A DNA stretch of 64,000 nucleotides. Origin: an uncultured Chloroflexia bacterium (GTDB taxonomy: Bacteria > Chloroflexota > Anaerolineae > B4-G1 > SLSP01). The translations under genes and the position numbers were made by a program. Below are positions 41,354 through 51,615 of the stretch, piece after piece (the first letter of the stretch is position 1; each line of letters opens with the position of its first letter). The stretch is from contig CAVVUS010000010.1 in the NCBI GenBank assembly GCA_963751345.1, forward strand, positions 192,001-256,000, written 5' to 3'. The notes beneath the pieces are model-generated. The model saw only the letters and a list, made by a program, of their open reading frames with translations. It ran no database searches and was not told where the DNA came from.

Positions 41354-43911
41354 ATGGCGACACCATTTCTCGAATACGAACTTCAGGATGGCTTTGTTAA
41401 CAATTGGCTTGTAGTCGGTCCCGTGGAAACCGCTATCGCCCCCGCGTCCGATGGCGGCCTGAGTGAGTCCGAACGCAAGTTGCACATTGTACAGGAATAT
41501 CAACGCGAGCGTGGGTTGGCAGGGTCAGGCACGGGATTGGTCGGCGAGCCCGTCGACCGGGGTGCTGTGACCGTCGATGGGGAGGGGTTCCGGTGGTCCT
41601 ATGTACGGTGTCTGGATGACCACTTCGTCGATCTATCGACCTTCCGTCACAATTGGACGTATCTTCGGGCTTGGGCCTACACACGGTTGAGCCTGTTTGA
41701 CCCGGCGGAAGTCACCTTTGTACTCACTACCAACGGGCCGGCGGATGTGTGGATCAATGGGCAGCCCGTCCATCGCCACGAGCACTTCCACCATCAGGAC
41801 CCGAAGAGCGTCTCGTTTCAGGCCTCGCTGCAAGCCGGTGATAACGAGATCCTCGTGCGGTTCGAGGAGGTGGCGGCTCGTGAGTGCCCCTACGTGATGG
41901 CCTTGGCGCTGGAAGGTGACTTTGAAGCTGAGGATGTCGAGGTTAAGATTCCCTCGGCAACCGGAGCGCACCGTACGTCATCAGATGTTCGAGCAAGTCT
42001 TCGAGCAATCCTCTATCGAGGATGTGGCTAACTACCGTGGCAAGGTGCTCAACCTGCACTGGTCCGACGATCTGGAAGCCAACTTCAGATACCAATACAG
42101 CATCCAGGGACCCGGCGACCGCATCAATGTGGACGGCAAAGTGGAGGCGGCACCGGGTGTGGTGGTCGACATTGGCCACGGCTTCCGAATCTGGCAGGGA
42201 CCGTATCGTGCGGTCGTTCGCCCGATTCCCAAGGAGTACTACGAATACGATATCCGCTACCAATGGGATATGCCGGTTTACATCCTGGACAACGAGTATT
42301 CCGAGACGCCCTATGGCACCCTGGAAGAGCGCAGCCAGGAGGCACTGGAATACGCGGTAACCCAGAAGGACGACCTCTACGCCGAGATTGCCAAGTTCAA
42401 GCTGGGCAAATGGGCGGATGTTGACCAGGACGTGATCCTCAGTGCCATCGAGTCGATCAACCACCGTGAGGATTGCAGCGATTTCTATCTGGTCGGTTTG
42501 TTGGGCGCAATCGCCCGCTTTGGCGGCGAGGACGGATTCCCCGATGCGCTCAGATCAGCAGTCAAGGAGTGCGCGTTAGGCTTCAAGTACTGGCTGGATG
42601 AGCCTGGTGTGGATGCGATGGCTTACGCCACGGAGAATCACTCCATTCTCTTTCACACCTGCGAAATCCTGGCCGGCCAGCTCTATCCTGACGACGTCTT
42701 CACCAATGTGGGGGAGGCGGGCGGGTGGCACCGTGAGAAGGGCGAGAAGTTGGCCACGGCATGGCTTGAGCAGCGTGCCAAGGCCGGTTTCTGGGAATGG
42801 GACTCCAACTGCTACTTTCGATGAGGATGTGTTGGCGCTCTCACACCTGGCCGGGCTTGCCGAGGCCGAGGATGTCGGCGAGTTGGCCGCGGTCGTGATG
42901 GACAAGCTCCTCTTCACACTCGCTCTGAGTTCGTATAAGGGCGTCTTCGGCTCGACCCATGGGCGGACCTATGCCCAGATGATCAAGACCGGAAAGTTGG
43001 AGCCCACGTCGGGCATCGGTCGGCTTCTCTGGGGCACCGGAGTCTACAACCAACACCTGCGCGGGCTGGTGGGTTTGGTGTGCTCGGAATACACTTTCCC
43101 TCTGATGATCGGCCTCATTGCGAACGATGCTTCCGCCGAAATGTGGGATCGCGAGCGGCACGTCATCAGTGATGCCGGCGACGAGGTGAATAAGGTCACC
43201 TACAGGACGCCCGACTACATGCTCGCGTCGGCACAGGATTTCCGCCCGGGTGAGAAGGGTTACCAGCAGCATATTTGGCAGGCCACCCTTGGTCCCGACG
43301 CGGTGGTCTTCGTCAACCATCCCCCCTGTGTGAGCGAAGACGGCGCGCACCGGCCAAACTTTTGGTCGGGCAACTACGTTTTGCCGCGGGTTGCCCAGTG
43401 GAAAGATACCTTGATCGCGCTACACGACCTGCCCGAGGACGATTGGTTGGGCTTCACTCATGCTCACTTTCCCGTGTATGCCTTTGACGAGTACGTGATC
43501 CGTGGCGACTGGGCATTCGCGCGCAAGGGCGACGGATACGTAGCATTAGGGGCTTCGCAAGGGCTATCCTTGATCAAGCGCGGTCCCGCAGCCTATCGAG
43601 AGCTCCGCTCTCCAGGACGCCAGAATGCCTGGGTCTGCCAGATGGGACGTGCCGCGGTGGACGGTGACTTCGACGCATTTCAGGACAGAGTGCTGGGCCT
43701 CACGTTTGACGTCGAGGGTTTGAACGTGCAGTTCGAGACGCTCCGAGGTGAGATGCTGTCGTTCGGATGGCGGGGCCCGCTATTGCGCGATGGGCAGGAA
43801 GAGCCCATCGCCGGGTTCAAACACTACGAGAACCCATTCTGCACAGCCGAGCTGGGCGCCGAGACAATGGATATCCAACTGGGTGGATATGTGATGCGTT
43901 TGCAGTTCTGA
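41354..43911 (+). CDS. Large cytoplasmic hypothetical protein, possibly carbohydrate-active; frameshifts at about 41965 and 42818
   Basis: NWLVVGP...GPADVWING beta-sandwich-like N-terminus; REDCSDF, KYWLDEPG, TENHSILFH, EWDSNCY, STHGRTY, GYQQHIWQAT and RPNFWSGN, across three ORFs. Confidence 0.7.
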
Positions 43912-44114
43912 GGCGTTCACCCCAAACCTGGGGGCCTATGAAGCACCTTAACAGGCGGCCTTCGCGAGGATGTGATGGTCTGGCTGTTGTGATCCGTCAC
44001 GGTGGAAATGACGGTGACGTGCCTACATGCGGTCCAAACGCCGGATTGGCGATAGAATTCGCACGGAATGGTAGCCGATTATGACATTTGGCGCCAAAAT
44101 GGCCGAACATTCTC

Positions 44115-44170
44115 TTGTAATGCGCAAAAACATGAGTATAATGGCCTTATGACGTTGTGACGGCTCACAA
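44115..44170 (+). promoter_or_regulatory. Promoter with lac-operator-like palindrome (LacI autoregulation site)
   Basis: TTGTAA-16nt-TATAAT (44115-44142), then TTGTGA-CGGC-TCACAA (44155-44170). Confidence 0.7.
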
Positions 44171-44190
44171 TTTCTGAAAGCCCACACTCG

Positions 44191-45204
44191 ATGCCCGAAT
44201 CTCAAGTGAAGCTCGCAACACTGCGTGATGTGGCCGATATCGCCGGGGTCTCGTACCAGACGGTATGGCGTGTGGTGAATGAGCATCCCCACGTAGCGGC
44301 AGATACGCGGGAGCGTGTGCTTCAGGCAGTTCGTGAATTGGACTACCGACCCCATCGCGCGGCACAGGTGTTGACTACGGGGCGCTCTTTCATTCTCCAG
44401 TTGGCGATTTTTGAGCAACGCTACGGCAACCCGCTCTCGTCTATCCTGCATTGGGCCTGGGAGTTCGGTTATACGATGGTCGTGACGGAACTCCGAGATG
44501 CCACGTCGGAGGAATCCATCCGGACGATGCTGCGCGACACTGCGCAGATTATCGATGGCCTGTTGATGGTGATGCCGTACCCGCATCTCTCCTATGAGGC
44601 ACTCGAAGAGCTTTGCCAGGGAAAGCCCTTTGTCATCGTAAGTACAGAGTTGGGCGCGAAAATGCCCTCGGTCGTGTTTGATCAACGTCACGGTACACGC
44701 CTGGCGGTGGAGCACTTGCTCTCACTAGGTCACCGCCAGATCGCCGAGATCAGCGGACCGCTTGACAATTGTGACGCCCGCGCGCGGCATAGCACCTGGC
44801 TGAAGATGGCCAAATGCCAGGGCCTTGAACCGGGGCCGAGCGTGGCCGGGACCTTCGACGTGCGCAGTGGGTATACGGGCGCCAAGCGGCTTCTGAGCAG
44901 CCAGCAGCCGTTTTCGGCGATCCTCGTGGGTAACGATCTGATGGCTCTGGGCGCTATGCACGCTCTGAGTGAAGCCGGGCTTCGTGTGCCGGAGGATGTT
45001 TCGATTGTGGGCTTCGATGATATCGAGGAAGCCGCCCATTTCGCCCCGCCCCTGACCACGGTGCGGCAGCATTTCGACGTTTTAGGCAGGGAGAGCGTGG
45101 AGTACCTGGTCTCCCTGATCGAGGACACGACCACCCCCATTCAACAGCGTGTCCTGTATCCGGAGTTAGTGATTCGGCAAAGCGCGCAGAATATCATCGT
45201 CTAG
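44191..45204 (+). CDS. LacI-family transcriptional regulator
   Basis: TLRDVADIAGVSYQTVWRV HTH, LGHRQIA, NDLMALG, VPEDVSIVGFDD, PPLTTV. Confidence 0.96.
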   Translation: MPESQVKLATLRDVADIAGVSYQTVWRVVNEHPHVAADTRERVLQAVRELDYRPHRAAQVLTTGRSFILQLAIFEQRYGNPLSSILHWAWEFGYTMVVTELRDATSEESIRTMLRDTAQIIDGLLMVMPYPHLSYEALEELCQGKPFVIVSTELGAKMPSVVFDQRHGTRLAVEHLLSLGHRQIAEISGPLDNCDARARHSTWLKMAKCQGLEPGPSVAGTFDVRSGYTGAKRLLSSQQPFSAILVGNDLMALGAMHALSEAGLRVPEDVSIVGFDDIEEAAHFAPPLTTVRQHFDVLGRESVEYLVSLIEDTTTPIQQRVLYPELVIRQSAQNIIV

Positions 45205-45310
45205 GGTTGCGTGAACAGAAAGGAGGTGACGCAAGGAGAGCGAATAATCGAAGTGACCCCGCGATGTGCATCGCTTTAGTCTGAGTATTCCCAAGTCTCT
45301 AGGAGGAAGA

Positions 45311-47207
45311 ATGATGAAGAAGATTTCACGTCGGCAGTTCCTGCGCATCTCAGCTGTTGCTGGAGCAGGTGCTGTGTTGGCGGCCTGTGGGACCGCAGCT
45401 CCCACGGAGGCTCCTACGTCGGCCCCCGGAGGGGCAGCGGTGGAGCCTACGGCGACTGCCAAGCCTGTGATCCCCCCGACCGCTGCGCCGGCGGCTGTCG
45501 ATACCCCGACGCCGGTGGCCGAAATGGTTTGGCCCCGAGTTGACGTAGCGCGCGAGCGCACGATGGCCTGCATGAACGGCGTCCATCCCGTTGGCATCGG
45601 CAACCCGTACGCCTCCGGCTACAGCCACCAGCAAGGTGCTGCCTCACAGCATGAAGCGCTGTGGTACTACGCTGCAGGCAACGACAAGACCTATCCCTGG
45701 CTGGCTGAGAGTTACGAGTACAACGACGACGCCACCGAGGTGACCTTCTACTTGCGCAAGGGCGCGAAGTGGAACGACGGTGAGGACTTCAATGCAACAG
45801 ATGTTGCCTTCACCTATCAGATGCTGATGGATTTCGCCCCGACACTGCGAAACTCGACGGATACCAAGAACAAGGTGTCCAAGGTCGAGGCTCTGGACGA
45901 CTACACCGTCAAGTTCACGCTGAGCGAGCAGAACTACCGCTTCCAGTTCACCGAGGGTACCTTCCGCTTCGACCTCGGCACCTATCTGGCGGCCGAGCAC
46001 GTCTTCAACCAGTTCGCGACTGCGGAAGATATCCAGAATGGCTTGGAGTGGGATCCGGACAACGGCGTACATCCCGTCCACACGGGTCCGTATCTGATGA
46101 CTCGTACGGAGGAGAACTTCACCGAGTTCCAGTTGCGCTATGAGTGGTGGGCGGTCGACGTCGGCCTGGCCGATGGGATGCCCTGGCCTCAGGCGATCAC
46201 CGACATCGCTTATCCCAGCGACGAGTTAGGTGCGCAGCTCCTCATCAACAACGAGGTGGACGCGACGCTGGACCTGCGACCCGCGACGATCCAGTCGATC
46301 CTGGAGCAGGCAAGCGACCATATCATATCCCACACCGGCCTCGAGAAGCCCTATGGCTACACCGACTGGTGGCCCATCTCGCTCTATCCGAACAACCTCG
46401 AGTGGCCGTATGACGATGTTCGCGTTCGCTGGGCACTGGCCTACGCGATCGATCAGCAGACCCTCGTGGACGTCGGCTGGAACGGTGCGGGCACGGTGGC
46501 CTATGGCCCCTTCCCCAACTATCCGGGCATCGTGCCAGTACTTCCAGAGTCCGGCGATGAAGACGTTGTTCGAGACGTACAATGTGCTCGAGTCCAGCCA
46601 GGATAAGGTCGATGCGTTGATGACCGACGCCGGCTTCAGCAAGGACGGTGATGGCTTCTGGGCCGATGCCGATGGCAATAAGCCGGACAGCACGGTCTAC
46701 GCTGCAGTCCCGCTCTTTGGCGACATCGGACCCATCACCGCTGAGTTGCTGCGCAGGGCCGGGTTCGACAGCAATCACGCTTCGCCGCCCGACGTCTGGA
46801 CGTTGAAGGACAATGGCCAGGCGCTGCTACATATGTTCGGTCACGGAGGCAGTGTCAAGGAGCCCTTCCGGACTCTTGACTACTACCACAGTCGATGGAA
46901 GAAGCCCACGGGCGAGTCCTGCGGCAACAACCGCCCCCGCTGGTCCGATGATCAGTACGATGCCCTACTCGAAGAGATGGGCCGCACCAGCCCGGACGAC
47001 ACCGCGAAGATGCAGGACCTCTTCGATCAGTCGATGGCAATCTGGTACGAGAAGTTGCCCGAGATCCCGCTAGTCCAGTGGTTCCATCGCCTGGCGATGA
47101 ACACCACCTACTGGACGAACTGGCCCAACGCCGACAACTGGTACAACACCGCTTTCTGGCACTTGACGTTCCCCATCACTCTGTGGAACATCGAGCCGAC
47201 ACAGTAA
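45311..47207 (+). CDS. ABC transporter family-5 substrate-binding lipoprotein (Tat); frameshift at about 46530
   Basis: SRRQFL...[38 protein letters not shown]; C-terminus in ORF 46230-47207. Confidence 0.9.
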
Positions 47208-47225
47208 GCTGGCAGTAGATCATAT

Positions 47226-47267
47226 CCTATGGCGGGGAGCTCGTCGGGGCTCCCCGCCCTGATAGGA
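47226..47267 (+). terminator. Stem-loop after the SBP gene
   Basis: TCCTAT-GGCGGGGAGC...GCTCCCCGCC-ATAGGA inverted repeat. Confidence 0.55.
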
Positions 47268-47331
47268 AGCTGAGAGACGGCCTCGGGTAAGATGGAGTCC
47301 ACCTAAGGCCGAGAGAGCCCGGAGTCGAAGT

Positions 47332-47416
47332 GTGAAACGTGAAACGTGAAACGTGAAATGAATGCCGTCCGGTGGAGCCTGTGCCGGGGCAGTGGTTCAC
47401 GTCTTACGTTTCGCGT
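47332..47416. repeat. Inverted heptamer tandem-repeat element
   Basis: (GTGAAAC)x3 plus GTGAAAT at 47332-47359, and degenerate inverted units TTCACGT-CTTACGT-TTCGCGT at 47396-47416. Confidence 0.75.
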
Positions 47417-47484
47417 ATTCTGGTGCAGCACAGGTGCTGAGCCAATCATGGCTCTGGGCAAGACACTAACTAAGAGGTGCATTT

Positions 47485-48519
47485 ATGCGAATTCCACCGA
47501 TGTATGTCATCAAGCGGCTGGGGTTTCTTGTCGCGGTGATGTGGACGGCGGCAACGCTCAACTTCCTCCTGCCGCACCTGAGTCCGAAAGATCCGGTCGC
47601 AGAGCAGGTGACACAGAAGATTGCGTCGGGCGGGCTGACCGCCGAAGCTGCACAGCAGATGATGGTGGGCCTGCGAACGCTCTACGGCCTGGACCAGCCG
47701 CTGTGGCGGCAGTACCTCAAATACATCTGGAACACTTTCCGCTTTGATCTCGGCAATTCGATCTACTCCTGGCCGCGGCCGGTTATGGACATCATCAACC
47801 AAACGATCTGGTGGACCCTCGGCTTTGCCGGTATGGCCACAGCGTCTTGCCTTCCTCCTCGGTACGGTGCTGGGAGCGTTGGTGGGGTGGTCCAAGGCGC
47901 CGCGGTTCTTTGGCTGGCTGATTCCACCGCTGGCCGTGTTCTCTGCGATACCGGGCTTCGTGTTGGCGCTCCTCTTGATCTACTTCGGCGCCTTCAAGGC
48001 GCAGCAATGGTCGAACGGGACCCTCTACTTCCCGCTCCGCGGTGGCTATTCGGATAGTACCCTCATCAACTACGCGATTGGGGGTTCTGGAAGGACGCCT
48101 TGTGGCACTCGGTCCTGCCGATGCTTCTCGATGTTGATGGTAAGCCGGGAGGCTGGGCGCTTGGCATGCGCGCAATGATGGTCACTGTCGAGGGGGCGGA
48201 CTACATTACCTTCGCGGAGGCCAAGGGGCTGAAAGGTACCAGGGTCTTCTTCCGCTATGCCCTGCGCAACTGCCTGCTGCCCCAGACGACAGCGCTGGCC
48301 ATGCAACTTGGCGGGATTGTCACGGGTGCAGTGCTGGTGGAGACGATGTTCAACTATCCGGGCATCGGCAACCGCCTCAGCACCGCCATCTCGCAGTTTG
48401 ACTACTACGTTATGTACGGGATCATCTTCTTCCTCGTCTGCGGTATCGCGCTGGCGACCTTCCTCGTGGACATCGTCTATCCCCTACTTGACCCGCGCAT
48501 TTCGTATCAGGAGGATTAA
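47485..48519 (+). CDS. ABC permease DppB/OppB family; several frameshifts between about 47845 and 48130
   Basis: NFLLPHL...DP, GLDQPLWRQY, FDLGNS, FAEAKGL, YALRN, VETMFNYPGIG, YPLLDPRI. Confidence 0.88.
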
Positions 48520-48521
48520 CG

Positions 48522-49382
48522 ATGAAGCTCAAGAGTTTTGCCAGTTACGTGCGCCGCAACCCAATGTTGGGGGTGGGGCTGGGCGTGCTGCTCTTCCTCC
48601 TCCTCTTCACGACGGTGCCGCGGCTCTTCATCAACACGGAAGACGCTTATGCTCTGTCGGTACCGATCAACTTGCCGCCTTCGGCCGCACATCCGTTTGG
48701 GACGGATAGCCAGGGTAAGGATCTCTTTGCCGGGATGGTCGTTGGCACGGGGATGACGCTGACCATCGGCCTGATCGCAGGGGCAATCGGACTGGGACTT
48801 GGCGCGTTTCTCGGCTTCACCACCGGCTACTTCGGTGGCATCTTTGATACTGTGATCAAGTTTATGGTCGATGTGTTGCTCACAATACCGGGTTATCTGC
48901 TGTTGTTGTTGATTGCGACCACGCTAACCGACCCGTCGACGATGAAACCGGTGGAGATGGCGCTGATCCTTTCGATTGTGGCCTGGGTGCAACCAACGCG
49001 CACCATCCGCGCCCAGGTACTCAGTATGAAGGAGCGCGCCTTTGTGATGATGGCGAAGCTCTCCGGGATGAGCGGAATCGAGATCATCCTCAAGGAGATG
49101 ATGCCAAATCTGTTGCCTTTCCTGGCCATCAGTATGGCGGGAGCGGTGTCCGGCGCCGTGCTGGGTTCTCTGGGTCTCGAGGCCCTGGGCATCGGCAACC
49201 GGCGCGAACCGACCCTGGGAATGATGCTCTACTGGGTCCGCTACTACGCGGCTTTTATTCGTGGTATGTGGTGGTGGATACTGGAACCGGTGGTAGCTAT
49301 TGCCCTGGTCTTTATCGCCTTCCTGTCGCTATCCATCGGACTGGATGAGATCGCGAACCCGAGAACGCGGAGGACAGTATGA
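48522..49382 (+). CDS. ABC permease DppC/OppC family
   Basis: PPSAAHPFGTDSQGKD, RTIRAQVLS, TLGMML, DEIANPR. Confidence 0.93.
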   Translation: MKLKSFASYVRRNPMLGVGLGVLLFLLLFTTVPRLFINTEDAYALSVPINLPPSAAHPFGTDSQGKDLFAGMVVGTGMTLTIGLIAGAIGLGLGAFLGFTTGYFGGIFDTVIKFMVDVLLTIPGYLLLLLIATTLTDPSTMKPVEMALILSIVAWVQPTRTIRAQVLSMKERAFVMMAKLSGMSGIEIILKEMMPNLLPFLAISMAGAVSGAVLGSLGLEALGIGNRREPTLGMMLYWVRYYAAFIRGMWWWILEPVVAIALVFIAFLSLSIGLDEIANPRTRRTV

Positions 49383-50350
49383 GCGAGCTCGCACCCGCAC
49401 TGCTGCAGGTTCGAGACCTGCGTGTCTACTACCATGTGGTAGCCGGCGCTGTGAAGGCCGTCGATGGCGTAACCTTCGACTTACGGGCCGGGACCAAGAT
49501 GGGTCTCGTGGGTGAATCCGGCTCCGGTAAGTCCACGATGGCGTTGGGATTGATGCGGATGATCAAACCGCCGGGCAAGATCGAGGGCGGTCAAATGATC
49601 CTTGATGGCGTCGACTTGGTCGGACTTTCAGAAGAGGAGATGCGCCAGACGCGGCTGAGCAAGGTCGCGATGATCCCGCAGGGCGCGATGAACTCCCTCA
49701 ACCCCGTGACGAAGATCGAGCGTCAGATTCTCGATGGGATGATGGATCACGGGATGGTCTTCTCCAGGGATGAGCGCAAGGACAAGATCGCGGAGTTGCT
49801 CCGAGGGGTCGATCTCGATCCCAAGGTCGCGCAGATGTTCCCTCACGAGCTGAGCGGTGGGATGAAGCAGCGGGTGACCGTCGCAATGTCCATCGCCATG
49901 AAGCCGGACCTGATCATCGCGGATGAGCCGACGAGTGCGCTTGACGTGGTGATCCAGCGTCGTGTGATGGAGACGATCAACCACATTCAGGAGACACTTG
50001 GGTTGGCCGTGATCCTGATCGGCCACGATATGGGACTGATGGCGCAGTCCGTGAACCGCTTAGCGGTGATGTACGCAGGCAAGATGATGGAGATCGGGGA
50101 CACGGAGGTCATCTTCCGCGATCCGCTGCATCCGTACACGCAGTTGCTGATCAGTAGCTTGCCGGTGTTGGAGAACAAGGGCGTGTTCAGTGGCATTCCC
50201 GGAATCACGCCCTCTCTGTTGGATCCGCCGCCGGGTTGCGTCTTCCACACGCGATGTCCCAAAGCCTGGGATCTCTGTCGTGAGGTGACGCCCGAGTTCG
50301 CCGAGGTTCAGCCGACACGGTGGACCGCCTGCCACTTGCAAACGGCATAG
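49379..50350 (+). CDS. ABC ATPase DppD/OppD family
   Basis: GESGSGKS, ELSGGMKQR, ADEPTSALD, HPYT, GCVFHTRCP. Confidence 0.95.
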   Translation: MSELAPALLQVRDLRVYYHVVAGAVKAVDGVTFDLRAGTKMGLVGESGSGKSTMALGLMRMIKPPGKIEGGQMILDGVDLVGLSEEEMRQTRLSKVAMIPQGAMNSLNPVTKIERQILDGMMDHGMVFSRDERKDKIAELLRGVDLDPKVAQMFPHELSGGMKQRVTVAMSIAMKPDLIIADEPTSALDVVIQRRVMETINHIQETLGLAVILIGHDMGLMAQSVNRLAVMYAGKMMEIGDTEVIFRDPLHPYTQLLISSLPVLENKGVFSGIPGITPSLLDPPPGCVFHTRCPKAWDLCREVTPEFAEVQPTRWTACHLQTA

Positions 50351-50364
50351 ATGAGGGTTGAGAC

Positions 50365-51402
50365 ATGAACGAACCACTAATCGAGCTGAATCACGTAACG
50401 AAAATCTTCGGGGGTAGCAAGGACGCCACCGTTGCCCTGCAAGATATGACTTTTTCCTTCCCTGAGAAGTTCCCGAAGATTGTCACAATCGCAGGGGAGA
50501 GCGGCAGCGGCAAGACCACGATGGGCATGCTGATGCTGGGGTTCTACGGACCGACGTTCGGAGAGGTGAAGTTCCGGGGCAAGGCGCTTCCGGAACTGAG
50601 CCGGTCGGAGATGTGGACGTACCGGCGGCAGGTCCAGGCAGTTTTCCAGGATCCGTTTGCCGTCTACAACCCGTTCTATAAGGTGGACAATCTTCTGAGT
50701 ATCCCGATCAAGAACTTCAAACTCGCCGGCTCCAAAGCGGAGGCACGCGAGATGATGGAGAATGCGCTGGAGCGGGTCGGACTCAGGCCGGACGAGACCC
50801 TGGGTCGGTTTCCTCACCAACTGAGCGGCGGTCAACGCCAGCGTATTGCCGTGGCGCGTGCGCTGCTGTTGCAGCCCAAGCTGCTGATTACGGATGAGCC
50901 GGTCTCTATGGTGGATGCGTCGCTGCGTTCCACAATCCTGAAGAGCCTCCGGACGCTGAATCAGGAGTTCGGCATCCCCATCTTCTACATCACCCACGAC
51001 CTCACGACGGCCTATCACATCAGTGACTCGATCATTATCCTGTATCGGGGAAATGTGATGGAGGCAGGGGATGTCGACGCGGTGATCCGGGATCCTCAGC
51101 ATCCCTATACCCAGTTGTTGGTGGCCTCGATCCCCTGGCCTGATCCGGATCTCCACTGGGGCAACATCAAGATCATCACTCCCACGACGAAGATCGCCTA
51201 TCATCAGCTCAAGGGATGCAAGTTCGCACCTCGATGCCCGCACGTGATGGATATCTGCCACGAGGCTCCGCCGCAGCTCTACCGTGCCGGCGAAGGGCGT
51301 GTCGCCGCCTGTTACCTGTACAAAGACAACGACTATCTCAAGCGTGAGGACCTGAGCATGCTCTTCCAGGAGAATCTTGAGCCGGAGTACCATACGCAGT
51401 AG
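50365..51402 (+). CDS. ABC ATPase DppF/OppF family
   Basis: GESGSGKT, QLSGGQRQR, DEPVSMVD, HPYT, GCKFAPRCP. Confidence 0.95.
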   Translation: MNEPLIELNHVTKIFGGSKDATVALQDMTFSFPEKFPKIVTIAGESGSGKTTMGMLMLGFYGPTFGEVKFRGKALPELSRSEMWTYRRQVQAVFQDPFAVYNPFYKVDNLLSIPIKNFKLAGSKAEAREMMENALERVGLRPDETLGRFPHQLSGGQRQRIAVARALLLQPKLLITDEPVSMVDASLRSTILKSLRTLNQEFGIPIFYITHDLTTAYHISDSIIILYRGNVMEAGDVDAVIRDPQHPYTQLLVASIPWPDPDLHWGNIKIITPTTKIAYHQLKGCKFAPRCPHVMDICHEAPPQLYRAGEGRVAACYLYKDNDYLKREDLSMLFQENLEPEYHTQ

Positions 51403-51465
51403 CGATGGCGCCGGTAGACCGCTCGTTCTGAGGAAGAGCGATGTAGGGTATAACCAAATCCACGT

Positions 51466-51506
51466 GCGGCACCGCAGGACATTCACCGTCTTGCGGTGCC
51501 GCTTTT
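51466..51506 (+). terminator. Intrinsic terminator after the ABC operon
   Basis: GCGGCACCGCAGGAC...GTCTTGCGGTGCCGC followed by TTTT. Confidence 0.8.
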
Positions 51507-51615
51507 AGTCAGGTTCGCACGTAGTCTGTGTGACGACGTCTTTTCTGGTATCATACGCTCCTAAGTCATTTGCTGGCGCCCGGATACCAACTCTTCCTGG
51601 AAAGATAGGTGACTA

